Shown: piece after piece, positions 9,985-19,363 of the stretch
Layout: the number at the start of each line of letters is the position of its first letter
How positions within the stretch are numbered: the stretch's first letter is position 1
Source of the DNA: Akkermansiaceae bacterium
Lineage (GTDB): Bacteria; Verrucomicrobiota; Verrucomicrobiia; Verrucomicrobiales; Akkermansiaceae
Assembly (NCBI GenBank): GCA_051251915.1
Contig: JBPOGF010000026.1
Span: 1-42,538 of the forward strand
DNA: 42,538 nt
Direction: 5' to 3'
Program-made: the position numbers and the translations under genes
Notes under the pieces: generated by a model
Seen by the model: only the letters and a program-made list of their open reading frames with translations
The model's database searches: none
What the model was told of the DNA's origin: nothing

Positions 9985-11253
9985 TTATTCACTTTCTGGC
10001 TGCACTAGAATGGTTGGGTCACCTAGGAGGTTTAGTTCGGATAGGCACATGTGGAAGTTTGCGGATTGTTTGGCTTTTTCTGAGAGGTCTGCTTTGGCTT
10101 GCATGAGGGCTTGGCCGGTGGTGAGTTTGTTGCCGATGCCTTTTTCCCAGAAGAGGGTCATGGTGGTGGTAGTGCCGTCCATTTTACCTTCTTTGACCAT
10201 GAGAGGGAAGTCTGCCTTTGGGTTGAGGAAATGTGGCTTTCCTTCACGGCATGGGGCTACGATGGCAATGGCGCCTGCGTCCGGTGCTCTGAGCATGGAT
10301 TCAGAGATGCTGGGGTCTTTGGCGGCATCGTAGTGGCCTGTGAAGCAGGAAACGGTGGTGATGATAGGGTAGGCGTCTTTGTTGGTGAGCTTGGCTACGT
10401 CATTTTTGGTAAACATCTGGTGCTTTTCTAGCACCCAGCCATGGAGGAGTCCGTGTCCGTGGATGTGGAACTTGCCTGATTTCTCAGTGTTGATCAGATC
10501 CACTATATTTGCGGGGCTGAGTGGGTAGTCTCCAGGCTGATCTTTGTCCCATGGGGTGGAGTCGAGGAAGTAGCGGTTGAGGGTGCCGCCTTGCATTACT
10601 TTAGAGACATGATCATCCCAGCTACGGCGGACCTTGGCGTAGGCTCCTGGCACTGCGCAGGTGTAGGTGATGGTGTTGACGTAGTTTGTCTCAGGGGTGG
10701 TGGATTCGTAACTGATGATTTTGGCTGTGTAGGCGGTGATGTCTGCTGCGGTGCGGACGGGGATTCTTCCTAGACCGATGCTTCCATCGGGGTAAGTGAT
10801 GGCTGCTTTGTCGTCTATAAATTCGCCGTATACGCCGTCTCCATCTGCGTCCCAGTTGGTGGGGGAGATGTAGTAGATGTCGGTTGGAATGTCGTTCTCC
10901 TTGCCCCACATGTTGTTGTGCTGGGTGTCTCGGTCAGGGACGATGCCTTTTCCTCCTGGCAGGCTATCTCCACCTAAAATAATCCATTGTGAGCCATGGC
11001 TTTCTATGTGGTCTCTAACGCAGAGGCGGATTTTTTCTTGGATGTCTAGGCCTTTGTATTGCTTGGATATTTCATCGGTGGAAATGATTTTTACTGATTT
11101 ACCTAGCTTCTGTTTCCATTCAGCAAAGGGCTTCCATGAGTCTGCTAGTTCAGGTGAGGTGACGAGTAGTACGTCTTGGTCTTTAGCTATCGCTGGGGAA
11201 ATGGTGGCGACTGATACTAGCAAATATTTGCTAAGTTTATTAAGGAAATTCAT
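9985..11253 (-). CDS. Peptidase family C25 (gingipain-like cysteine peptidase)
   Basis: FAEWKQKLG, ILGGD, PTDIYY, LGRIP, HGHG (catalytic His), SCFTGHYD (catalytic Cys), NLLGDP C-terminal motif. Confidence 0.88.
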   Translation of the reverse strand: MNFLNKLSKYLLVSVATISPAIAKDQDVLLVTSPELADSWKPFAEWKQKLGKSVKIISTDEISKQYKGLDIQEKIRLCVRDHIESHGSQWIILGGDSLPGGKGIVPDRDTQHNNMWGKENDIPTDIYYISPTNWDADGDGVYGEFIDDKAAITYPDGSIGLGRIPVRTAADITAYTAKIISYESTTPETNYVNTITYTCAVPGAYAKVRRSWDDHVSKVMQGGTLNRYFLDSTPWDKDQPGDYPLSPANIVDLINTEKSGKFHIHGHGLLHGWVLEKHQMFTKNDVAKLTNKDAYPIITTVSCFTGHYDAAKDPSISESMLRAPDAGAIAIVAPCREGKPHFLNPKADFPLMVKEGKMDGTTTTMTLFWEKGIGNKLTTGQALMQAKADLSEKAKQSANFHMCLSELNLLGDPTILVQPESE

Positions 11254-11432
11254 AGAGCATGAAATAGAGTGTTTTGATGAGTGAGTGAAGCAATAAAATG
11301 AGAGCAGGCATTCAGGGGGGAATATACGAGCGTTGGTCGTTGATGAGAACTTTGATAGTTACGATGTTGATATTCACTATCTTTCAGATGTGTGAGGAAT
11401 CGATGGATGTATCACTACTCCTGATTGTGGAG

Positions 11433-12713
11433 TTATAGGTCTTTGGTATCTTTGATAAGGAGTGGGAATGTTCGTCCTTCTTGTTCAAAGTTTCCTTTGC
11501 TGTCAGCTTCTAACATGGCTCGAAGAGTGTTAGCTTCGGTGTGAGTGATGGAGGTTGATTCTAGTAATCGAGCGATTTCTTTTTGCTCTAGTGTGGTGAG
11601 GTTTTGGGGTGAATCTGTATTTGTAGAGTGCTCAGGGATGAATTCCATAGCTAATGAGTCAATCGATCTTCCGGTTCTTTCTCGGAGTGAGGCGAGTATG
11701 GAAAAGCCGGCGGGGTCAGCATCGCCCCAGTGAAAGAGCCTAACAGAACTAGGTAGTGACTGGATGAAGTCAATGACGGCACTGTGTGAGAAGCCTCCGA
11801 GTTCACCACTGGATATGAGCAGGGCGTTTGGCTTTGTTAGTGCAAAGTTATCTAATGATTCTTTGTTTTCTACGGTTATTACAGGGATGTCAGGTTGGCT
11901 TATGCTGGCGGATAGAATGTCTCGCTGGCTGATGCGAACTGGAAGTTCAAAGTGAGATAAATCACAGACCATTTGCTCTGGTTTTGCAGAGTCAAACGTT
12001 AAGATCCAAGGGCCCCATAAAGTGATGGTTCGGTGTTTGTCTTGGACTCCGATGTCATCAAAGCTGGTGATGCAGCCTTCAGTGATTTCGGTTAACCATT
12101 TGAGATAGATGCTTTGATTTAGCTCCAGTTTTTTAGAGTCGCCTAAGTAGACTGTGCTAGCCTCTCTGATGTGTAGTTCTTGGCTGGCTTGTAATAATTG
12201 AGAAAGGTCATTTAGTAGGTTTTCAGTCTGGATAAGGTTAAGTCCGCGGCAGAGTAGTTTGGTTTCGTCTAGTGAGGTTAGTTGCGCTGCGTAGCGATTG
12301 CAGAATAGCTGCCAAGATGACTGATAAGCTGAATGACTCAAATCCAGGGTGTCGTAATCCATGAACATCTGCGCTAATGCGAGTCTTCGTTCTCTGGGAG
12401 ATGTGCGGCCTGTTAGGGTGTATAAAGTGTCATATTTTGCGACGTCATTTTCACAAATAAGGGCGATTTTTTCAGGGATAGATGAGTAGCGGTGTCGTTT
12501 GATTGATAGCCAGCCGTTGTTCTCTGCTTCATTGAAAAATCGCTCTGCCAAGACCCGATCTTCACCTTCATGAGCCTTAGCGAGCTGCAAGATAGTCTCA
12601 TAGTTCCAGCTAGGATTCCGTTTCCAGCTATGATTCACAAATCCAGCGGTTCTCTCCAGCTTATCTAACAGGACATTGGCAAGGCGTAGGACTGCTTGAG
12701 TGATGCGAGGCAT
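11433..12713 (-). CDS. jetD: Wadjet JetD (MksG) Toprim nuclease, DUF2220-type
   Basis: ITVENKES, FHWGDADPAGFSI (DxD) and terminal EQE motifs of the topoisomerase VI-like Toprim fold; downstream of jetABC. Confidence 0.88.
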   Translation of the reverse strand: MPRITQAVLRLANVLLDKLERTAGFVNHSWKRNPSWNYETILQLAKAHEGEDRVLAERFFNEAENNGWLSIKRHRYSSIPEKIALICENDVAKYDTLYTLTGRTSPRERRLALAQMFMDYDTLDLSHSAYQSSWQLFCNRYAAQLTSLDETKLLCRGLNLIQTENLLNDLSQLLQASQELHIREASTVYLGDSKKLELNQSIYLKWLTEITEGCITSFDDIGVQDKHRTITLWGPWILTFDSAKPEQMVCDLSHFELPVRISQRDILSASISQPDIPVITVENKESLDNFALTKPNALLISSGELGGFSHSAVIDFIQSLPSSVRLFHWGDADPAGFSILASLRERTGRSIDSLAMEFIPEHSTNTDSPQNLTTLEQKEIARLLESTSITHTEANTLRAMLEADSKGNFEQEGRTFPLLIKDTKDL

Positions 12714-12859
12714 TTTGGATTGTTGGGTTTATAAGGAACGCTGGAGATCGTGTGTTGTTCGTGATTACGAACGTAGAGTATTCGTCATTGGAATGGTTTG
12801 ATGAAATTGACGGCAGAGCTTCAGCTGGCGGATCGAATATCCTGAGTCATATTCATGAG

Positions 12860-14815
12860 TTAAGCTTTAGTATAAGCTTGTCGTTCATCGTTTGGTTTGT
12901 CTGGAAAAGCTAATTTCAATTGGCGCTCTTTACGTAAGTTGGTGATGTAGGAGTCACGCAGTCCGTTAGGGTTTCTATTCACCAGTTTTGATAATGCGTT
13001 GAGGGTGATGTAATGTCCTGAGCATAGATTCAAAATGACTTCTACCATTTCAGATCGCGGAATTTTAGCCTTATCATTAGGCAATTGTGCCAGATGTTTC
13101 AGTTCAGTGCGTTTGTCGAGACTGAGCTGATCAAGGTCATCGACAAAGTTTAAGCTATGGTATTTTGAGATGAGCAAGCCGTCCTTAGACCGATTCAAAT
13201 CTGGGGAGCTCGTGTCCAAATCTGGGGAGCTCGCATTCAAATCTGGGGAGCTCGCGTCCAAATCTGGGGAGCTCGATTCGCAAAAGACATCATCTGAAGT
13301 GACTTTTTGTGATCCTTTAAAACGATAGATAGTGCCACGCCCTGAGCCTTCAGATACGAGAAATTGTTGGTTGATCAATTCACGCAGAGTCTTAGTAACA
13401 TCACTGGGGTGGAGTTCTGTCAGCTCCGAGAGGCGAGCGTGAGTGAGACGGCGTTCGCTGAAGGTGATGGCAAGTGCTAGTCTATGAGCTTGAGGTAAAT
13501 CGTCAAAGCGATCTCTATACTGTAGTTTTAGAATGTCTAACACACCGGGAGGAAAGAGATCGAGCATTTGTAAACGAAGTATAGTTCTAGGGCTTGGCTG
13601 ATGCTCCTCCGTAAGTGAAGGTTGGCGCCAGTGCTGGCTTTTCCATCCGGAAAGTATTTTGGGAATACCAGTGCCTGCTTTCTCACCAATATGCACAAAG
13701 CCAAAGAGGTGAGCGAGTCTCTTGTTACGTGAATCTGGCTCATCACCACGAAGGGCTAATTCTAGAGGTATGCGCATGTCGCCAGGATTCTGAAAGCCAT
13801 ACATATCTGGGCGTTTTACTACGAGGACACGTGCGCGATGACGGTAATCCGCATGAATTAGCGTATTAGCCAAGGCTTCGCGCAGGGCTTCATGTATGGG
13901 GGTGTCTTCTGATCTTAGCCCGTCTTTCAGAGCAAAAGGAACTTTGAGACCTGCGGTAAGTTTAGGATACACTAAACGGTAGAAATCATAGAGATTGCCG
14001 GACCATGAGCCGTCTAGCCAGATACGATCGATCCAGCGTTGCTCTGTCTTAGCATCTGGTCTTTCTTGATAATCTAGAGCAAAATGGGGGAACACGTCTT
14101 GAATGGATTGAAATTTTCCGAACATTAGTAGTCCTGCCACCGTGAGTCCCTCTAAATTGGTTTCTCTGTCGTAATTCCAGGCCCTCACTTCCTTGAGAAA
14201 GGTGTGGTTTTCTAGCTCGGACCATGGGTGATTTGGGTTTAGGGTCGCGTGAGTTTGTCGGTAGGCTTGCAGAGTAGGTAGGGAAATGTCCTGCATCCCA
14301 AATTGTGGCAATACCTGATAATCTAGAGATTCTGTTTGTTGCTCGGACAGGAGAAGTTTGACCTCGTCTTCCGGCATCTCTTGGTCTGCTTCGTGAAAAC
14401 GGCGGTAGCACCCTGTGAGAGGATTACCGTTGATGAACACTGGACGCTGCTTGCGATTGGCACGCGGGACTTGGATGATGAGAATCGTTTTATCATCGAT
14501 CAATAACGACTGAATCTGCTTGTCAGTGAGCAGATTACAGCTGACTTTTTGCCCGTTGCCTAGCAGGTCAGCCAGTTCTTTACGGATGTTATCTGGATTT
14601 GGGATTCCTTTGGCTAAGAATTGTCCTTTCTTCTCCTGCACTCCTAATAAAATCAAGCCTCCATCTGTATTTGCCATAGCTGAGTAGCTAGGCCAAAAGT
14701 CTTTCGGTAATTTGCCTTGCCCATCCTGCCCCAAGGCAAGCTTACACTCCAAGTCCACTGACTCTCGTAGGAGGTCGATGTCGCTGATTGAGGTTATTTT
14801 TGGAATGGTGTTCAT
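12860..14815 (-). CDS. Schlafen/AlbA_2 domain - HATPase_c_4 (RecG C-terminal-like) - winged HTH protein
   Basis: ESVDLECK (ExxxxExK), SAMANTDGGLILLGV (AlbA_2), ALREALANTLIHADY, NPG, EKAGTGIPKI (HATPase_c_4), C-terminal wHTH ending GSGRGTIY. Confidence 0.88.
   Translation of the reverse strand: MNTIPKITSISDIDLLRESVDLECKLALGQDGQGKLPKDFWPSYSAMANTDGGLILLGVQEKKGQFLAKGIPNPDNIRKELADLLGNGQKVSCNLLTDKQIQSLLIDDKTILIIQVPRANRKQRPVFINGNPLTGCYRRFHEADQEMPEDEVKLLLSEQQTESLDYQVLPQFGMQDISLPTLQAYRQTHATLNPNHPWSELENHTFLKEVRAWNYDRETNLEGLTVAGLLMFGKFQSIQDVFPHFALDYQERPDAKTEQRWIDRIWLDGSWSGNLYDFYRLVYPKLTAGLKVPFALKDGLRSEDTPIHEALREALANTLIHADYRHRARVLVVKRPDMYGFQNPGDMRIPLELALRGDEPDSRNKRLAHLFGFVHIGEKAGTGIPKILSGWKSQHWRQPSLTEEHQPSPRTILRLQMLDLFPPGVLDILKLQYRDRFDDLPQAHRLALAITFSERRLTHARLSELTELHPSDVTKTLRELINQQFLVSEGSGRGTIYRFKGSQKVTSDDVFCESSSPDLDASSPDLNASSPDLDTSSPDLNRSKDGLLISKYHSLNFVDDLDQLSLDKRTELKHLAQLPNDKAKIPRSEMVEVILNLCSGHYITLNALSKLVNRNPNGLRDSYITNLRKERQLKLAFPDKPNDERQAYTKA
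13193..13275. repeat. In-frame 21-bp tandem repeat x4 encoding SSPDL(D/N)x
   Basis: CAAATCTGGGGAGCTCG core at 13196, 13217, 13238 and 13259. Confidence 0.95.
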
Positions 14816-14949
14816 GGAAGATAGTTAAAATGATAAAAAAGATCGAATTATATCTAACAGTCTGAGTGGGCTTGCGCTAGGATAAAGTAATGTTGAATTT
14901 AGATCTGGGTAAGTGCCTCTTTTTAAGGTGAGTCGGCATGCGGTATGTC

Positions 14950-15029
14950 GCCCATTCAGGGCTTAGGGTATTTGGTGGTGAGAACCTAGGGCGTTGCCCT
15001 TGGCTGACATAGTTTGCCCCGGTTGGGGC
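14950..15029. repeat. REP/REPIN-like triple-hairpin element
   Basis: GCCCATTCAGGGC (14950-14962), CCTAGGGCGTTGCCCTTGG (14985-15003) and GCCCCGGTTGGGGC (15016-15029); same architecture as the elements at 42150-42240. Confidence 0.75.
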
Positions 15030-15141
15030 GGAGATGGGGTTATGTTGAATTTATATATGTCTGATTATTTGGGTCTGAAGGATGTTTTGCTAGTTAGGGA
15101 TTTATTTTGTAGGACTTGGTGGTTGGAGGCTGTCGTCAGTG

Positions 15142-18100
15142 TTATTTGATGAGTTTTGCTTTGGCTTCGGCTCTGGTGAGGGAGATGGCGATGTTGCGGA
15201 TGTGGGTTTGGTTCTTTTTCTTGGTTTCTCGTTTTGAGACGACCATGGTTTGGTCGCAGAGGTCGATGGCGTAGGGGATGTTGCCGGAGGACATGCTGAA
15301 GGTGCCTTGGAGGCCTAGGGACTTGAGGGCCTCGATGCAGTCTCGGATGCGTTCGCCGGAGAGCTTGGAGAAGGCTTCATCGATGGGGACTAGCCCGATG
15401 GATGGGTTCTTCATGTTGCGCTGGTAGCGGTGGTAGGCGCGGAGGTAGCAGGCGAGGATGGCGATGAAGTAGGGGGATTGGTTTTCGCCTCCGGAGAATT
15501 TGCCGGATTGTTTATCGACTGAGGTTTCGCGGCCGTCTGGGTCTCGGGTGTCGAGGACGGACATGTCGTAGTCGTAGTAGTTTCTGTAGTCTAGGAATGA
15601 GAGTGCTTCTGCGTTGTTAGGGTCTTCTACTAGGGCGGAGAAGATGCGTTCTACTTCTTCTCTGGTCTCGCTGTCGATGGAGTCGAAGAAGAGTGAGTCT
15701 TCGTCTGCGAGGGCGGAGTTATCTACGAGTTGTTGGTAGGTGTTGTAGTCTGGGTTGCGCTTTTTGCGGATTTGGTAGAGGTGGTGCCCGATGGGTTTGT
15801 TGAGCTCTTTGTTGAGGAGCTTGAGGGTCATATCTACTTGCATGAGGGCGGAGCGGAGCTTGACGAGGACTTGCTTGCGGAAGATTTCTTGCCAGTTGCG
15901 TTCTTCGCGTTCTGCCTTGCTTTCGTAGGCTGGGATGTCGCTGCCTTCGATGCGGGTGAGGCGTTCTTCCCATGGGGCGTTGGTTTCGTCTTCTGGTGAG
16001 AATTCATTGTAGACTGGGAATGCGCGGGCGAGTTCCTTGCGGTCTTCTACTAGTTCTGCACGTGAGGTGACGGCTAGATCTGAGGATTGGCGCTCTAGTC
16101 TGGAGGCTTGGGCGGTGGCTATTTCTAGGGCGGGGAATTCTTTGGAGACTTTGTTGTAGAGCTTTTGGTGGCGTTCTTGGTGCTTGCTGGTGTCTGGGCC
16201 TTCGGCTCGGTAGCGCTTGAGCTCGGTGTCGGCTTTTTCGTGATCTGCTTCGAGGTCGTCTAGTGATCCCTGGCGTTTTCCTAGCTGGATTTTGAGGTCG
16301 GATGAGCGCAGAGATTTCAGCTCGGACTCGGTGGCTGTGATGCTGTGTTCGGTCTCGCGGAGCTCGATGTCTTTTGCTTCGAAGTCTTCGATCTCGATGG
16401 TGCTGAGCTGCTGGATGATGGCATCACGGCGTTTTTCTAGCTCTCCGAGTTGCTGGAGGTTGGCTAGCTGGGAGCCTAGTGATGGGGAGTCTAGTCGCTG
16501 CTGTCTGTAGGTCTGCTCGGCTTCGTCTAAGAGATTGAGCAATGGGATGAGGCGCTCTGCTTCTTGGCGGAGTTGGGCGCGTTCTTTTGTGAGGGTTTGT
16601 TTCTGCTGTTCTAGTCCTCGGCCGCCGATGCAGGGTATGTTGTCGTAGTGGGCGCGTCTTTCTGCGAAGGGCTTGCGGTAGGTGAAGCCGTCTGGGAGGA
16701 TGGCGGCGTTGTGTTTTGTGAGGTCCTTAGAATTCTCCACGCAGATGAGTCTGCCGAAGAGGTGATTGACGATGGACTGGGCGACTGGGTCGGAGCATTC
16801 GAGGTGCTGGGCGAGTGAGCCGGGTTCTACTTTGGCGTTGAGCTCTAGGGCTTGCTCTGGGTGGATGAGGGATTCGCCAGGGGTGGCGGATTTCATTTCA
16901 CGGTAGATGGTTTCCGCGTGGCGGTAGTCAGCGGGCTGGGTGATGACGGCGAACTTTCTGGTGAAGGCGGTTTCTAGGGCTGGGCGCCAGCGTTCGTCTT
17001 TGACCTCGCAGAGCTCGCGGAGTGCGAAGGCTGCGGGGTCGCCATTTTTCCTCCGTGGGAGGGTGGAGTTGATGGCATCTAGGAGGGCGGAGCGCTGGTT
17101 GAGGCGGCCGCTGTCTAAGGAGTCTAGGCGGGCTGTTAGTTGTTGGATCTTGTTGAGCTTTTTCTGGGCTTCATCGCGGAGTGGGAGTTCTGCGGATTTG
17201 GATTCGTGGTGGAGGTCACGGACGGCATCGCTGAGTTCTTCCATCTGCTGTGGGAGATCTGAGCTGCTGCTTTTGCTGACAGACTTGAGTGCGGTCCGGA
17301 CTTTCTTGAGTGGTGAGTGGGGGAGTTCTATGCCTGCTTTCTGGAGCGTGGCGATCCAGCTCTCGACCATACGGCAGCGGATGTCTCTGGCTTCGTGGAC
17401 ATTTTTCCCGGCTTCTGAGAGGGTGGATATTTTGTGGACGACTTCTTTGTTCTCGTCTTTGAGGTGGCGGTAGAGGCGTCCGTCTTCGGTCTCATTGAGG
17501 GCATCACGTAGCATGTCGCGGCGGTCACGGAGATCTGTTAGATCTGAGTCTAGCTGGATTTCACGTTTGTTCTCGGACTCGCTTTGCTGTTCTAGCTCTT
17601 TGATTTCTTCTTTGATTTCCTCGATGTATTCAGTGATCTCTTCCACCTTAAGCTCGCGAGAAATGTCTGCGTAGAGGGTTTTATCGATGATTGCCTGTGA
17701 GTGGGTCTGGTAGTCGTGACGGATTTTCTCTAACATATGGAGCTGTGCTCGTAGTGAGGATAGCTCACGGCGGAGGGAGAGGAATGCGTGGTATGAGTCA
17801 CGGACTTCTTGGATACGGATCTCGTCTGGTGGGAGGACGTAGTTGCGGCAGAATTTGTTGAAGTTATCGAGGAAGGTGAATGACATGGCTGCTGGGAGCA
17901 GGTAGTCGAGTGTCTGGCGGTCGTAGTTGAGGTGTGATGGGAGAGCCATTTCACGGCGGTATGACTCCATGGTGTCGAAGATTTTGCCATCGAGCTCGTG
18001 GGAGTAGTCACGGAATGTGGCGAAGTCTAGTGGGTAGCCGAAGTCATCGATCCAGTCTGCTTTATCGAGTCTGCCGGTGAGGAAGAATCCGTGGCGTCTG

Positions 18101-18495
18101 GAGGGCTGGTTCTGGGCGGCGGAGTCGAACTCGATGCGGAGTCCCCAGGTTTCGACTTTTGGTTCTTCGCCTTTCTTGGCTGGCCAGGTGAACTCTAGGG
18201 CAACGTAGGTGGTGGCGCCTTCGTTGCGCATGTATTGTGGGATGCCTTCGATCTCGTCTTTGGTGTCGCCTAGGCAGTAGGATTTGAGCGTTCTGGAGGA
18301 GGCTTTGCCGGTGGCGGATTGGTTGTATTTGGATTTCTGATCACCAATCATGACGAGCTGGATGAGGTCCATTAGGATGGATTTTCCAGAGCCTGTGACG
18401 CCGGCGATGAGGAGGTTTCCAGAGATGTCGAAGACGTCTTGGTAGCCGAACCAGTTGATGGCGTGGATGCGGGTGAGTTCTATTTTTTTGGACAT
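15142..18495 (-). CDS. jetC: Wadjet JetC (MksB) SMC-family ATPase
   Basis: INWFGY, Walker A GVTGSGKS, long coiled coils around a hinge, signature FSGGE, Walker B LVPIDEAF. Confidence 0.93.
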   Translation of the reverse strand: MSKKIELTRIHAINWFGYQDVFDISGNLLIAGVTGSGKSILMDLIQLVMIGDQKSKYNQSATGKASSRTLKSYCLGDTKDEIEGIPQYMRNEGATTYVALEFTWPAKKGEEPKVETWGLRIEFDSAAQNQPSRRHGFFLTGRLDKADWIDDFGYPLDFATFRDYSHELDGKIFDTMESYRREMALPSHLNYDRQTLDYLLPAAMSFTFLDNFNKFCRNYVLPPDEIRIQEVRDSYHAFLSLRRELSSLRAQLHMLEKIRHDYQTHSQAIIDKTLYADISRELKVEEITEYIEEIKEEIKELEQQSESENKREIQLDSDLTDLRDRRDMLRDALNETEDGRLYRHLKDENKEVVHKISTLSEAGKNVHEARDIRCRMVESWIATLQKAGIELPHSPLKKVRTALKSVSKSSSSDLPQQMEELSDAVRDLHHESKSAELPLRDEAQKKLNKIQQLTARLDSLDSGRLNQRSALLDAINSTLPRRKNGDPAAFALRELCEVKDERWRPALETAFTRKFAVITQPADYRHAETIYREMKSATPGESLIHPEQALELNAKVEPGSLAQHLECSDPVAQSIVNHLFGRLICVENSKDLTKHNAAILPDGFTYRKPFAERRAHYDNIPCIGGRGLEQQKQTLTKERAQLRQEAERLIPLLNLLDEAEQTYRQQRLDSPSLGSQLANLQQLGELEKRRDAIIQQLSTIEIEDFEAKDIELRETEHSITATESELKSLRSSDLKIQLGKRQGSLDDLEADHEKADTELKRYRAEGPDTSKHQERHQKLYNKVSKEFPALEIATAQASRLERQSSDLAVTSRAELVEDRKELARAFPVYNEFSPEDETNAPWEERLTRIEGSDIPAYESKAEREERNWQEIFRKQVLVKLRSALMQVDMTLKLLNKELNKPIGHHLYQIRKKRNPDYNTYQQLVDNSALADEDSLFFDSIDSETREEVERIFSALVEDPNNAEALSFLDYRNYYDYDMSVLDTRDPDGRETSVDKQSGKFSGGENQSPYFIAILACYLRAYHRYQRNMKNPSIGLVPIDEAFSKLSGERIRDCIEALKSLGLQGTFSMSSGNIPYAIDLCDQTMVVSKRETKKKNQTHIRNIAISLTRAEAKAKLIK

Positions 18496-18572
18496 GGTGA
18501 TGTAGGTTAGCGGTGATCAGTGATCAGTGATCGGTGTGGCTGGTGATTTGTGATGGAGTGTTGCTTAGCAAA

Positions 18573-19283
18573 TTATTCTTCCTCTGATGGGTCTTCGGAT
18601 TCTGCTAGTTGGGCTTCGTCTTCGGCGTGGTCGTCGTTTTCTAGGGACTCTGCTGTTAGGGGATCTTCGGTTTCGTCTTGGAACTGGTTCGCGACTTTTA
18701 GCCATTCTTCGATGTCAGGGAATGGGATGGCGAAGCGGAGGGTGGGGAGAACTTGAATGACGGAGTCTGAGAAGTCATCGGTCCAGTCAGTTTCGATGAG
18801 GTTGAAGCGTGCGAAGCCTCTGAGGATTTCTTTGAAGCGAGAGGCTGAGAGTGGAGTGATGGAGGGGAATTTGCTGCGGAAGGATTCATTGAAGTCGCGG
18901 ACAGTGATGAAGACTTCGTGTGCTCCTTCTTCACGGACTTGGACATCGAAGTCATACCATAGGGCTAAGGCTACTAGGGTTTCATCACGGCGGAGGCGTC
19001 TGGTGAGGGAGGGGACTAGAGGGACTGCCATGATGAGGCGGTCATCGCGCTGGAGGATGATTTTTAGGCCTAACAGAACAGCCCATTCTTCTAACCATGG
19101 AAGGTGCTCGACAGCCCAGTCGTAGAGGGCTTTTTCTGAGCTGCGGGAGCGGAGGAGTGAGCCGTGGGCGAGGAGACGGTGAGCAATGTCTTGTAGCATC
19201 TGGTGGTCACGGTCTTGTAGGGAAGAGCTGATGAGGGTGTTGGATGCCTGAGGTGTGTCAGTGCTTGATTGGTCATTGGTCAT
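18573..19283 (-). CDS. jetB: Wadjet JetB (MksE) KITE subunit, DUF4194-like
   Basis: Size and position between jetA and jetC; RRLRRDETLVALALWYDF and VLPTLRF motifs; acidic tail. Confidence 0.85.
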   Translation of the reverse strand: MTNDQSSTDTPQASNTLISSSLQDRDHQMLQDIAHRLLAHGSLLRSRSSEKALYDWAVEHLPWLEEWAVLLGLKIILQRDDRLIMAVPLVPSLTRRLRRDETLVALALWYDFDVQVREEGAHEVFITVRDFNESFRSKFPSITPLSASRFKEILRGFARFNLIETDWTDDFSDSVIQVLPTLRFAIPFPDIEEWLKVANQFQDETEDPLTAESLENDDHAEDEAQLAESEDPSEEE

Positions 19284-19363
19284 TGGGCTGATTCTTTGGA
19301 GCGTGAAATTTTGATAGGAGTGTTTGTGGAAGGTAGTAATTTGGTGCGACTGGTGCTAAGCGT

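Noticed and set aside
12756..12773. LexA (SOS) box upstream of jetD
   Set aside because: The Verrucomicrobia LexA motif as I recall it is TGTTC-N4-GAACA; here GTTC and GAAC are 8 bp apart and the right flank does not match.
12860..14815. Annotation as RecG helicase
   Set aside because: No SF2 helicase motifs; only the HATPase_c_4 domain that often attracts this label.
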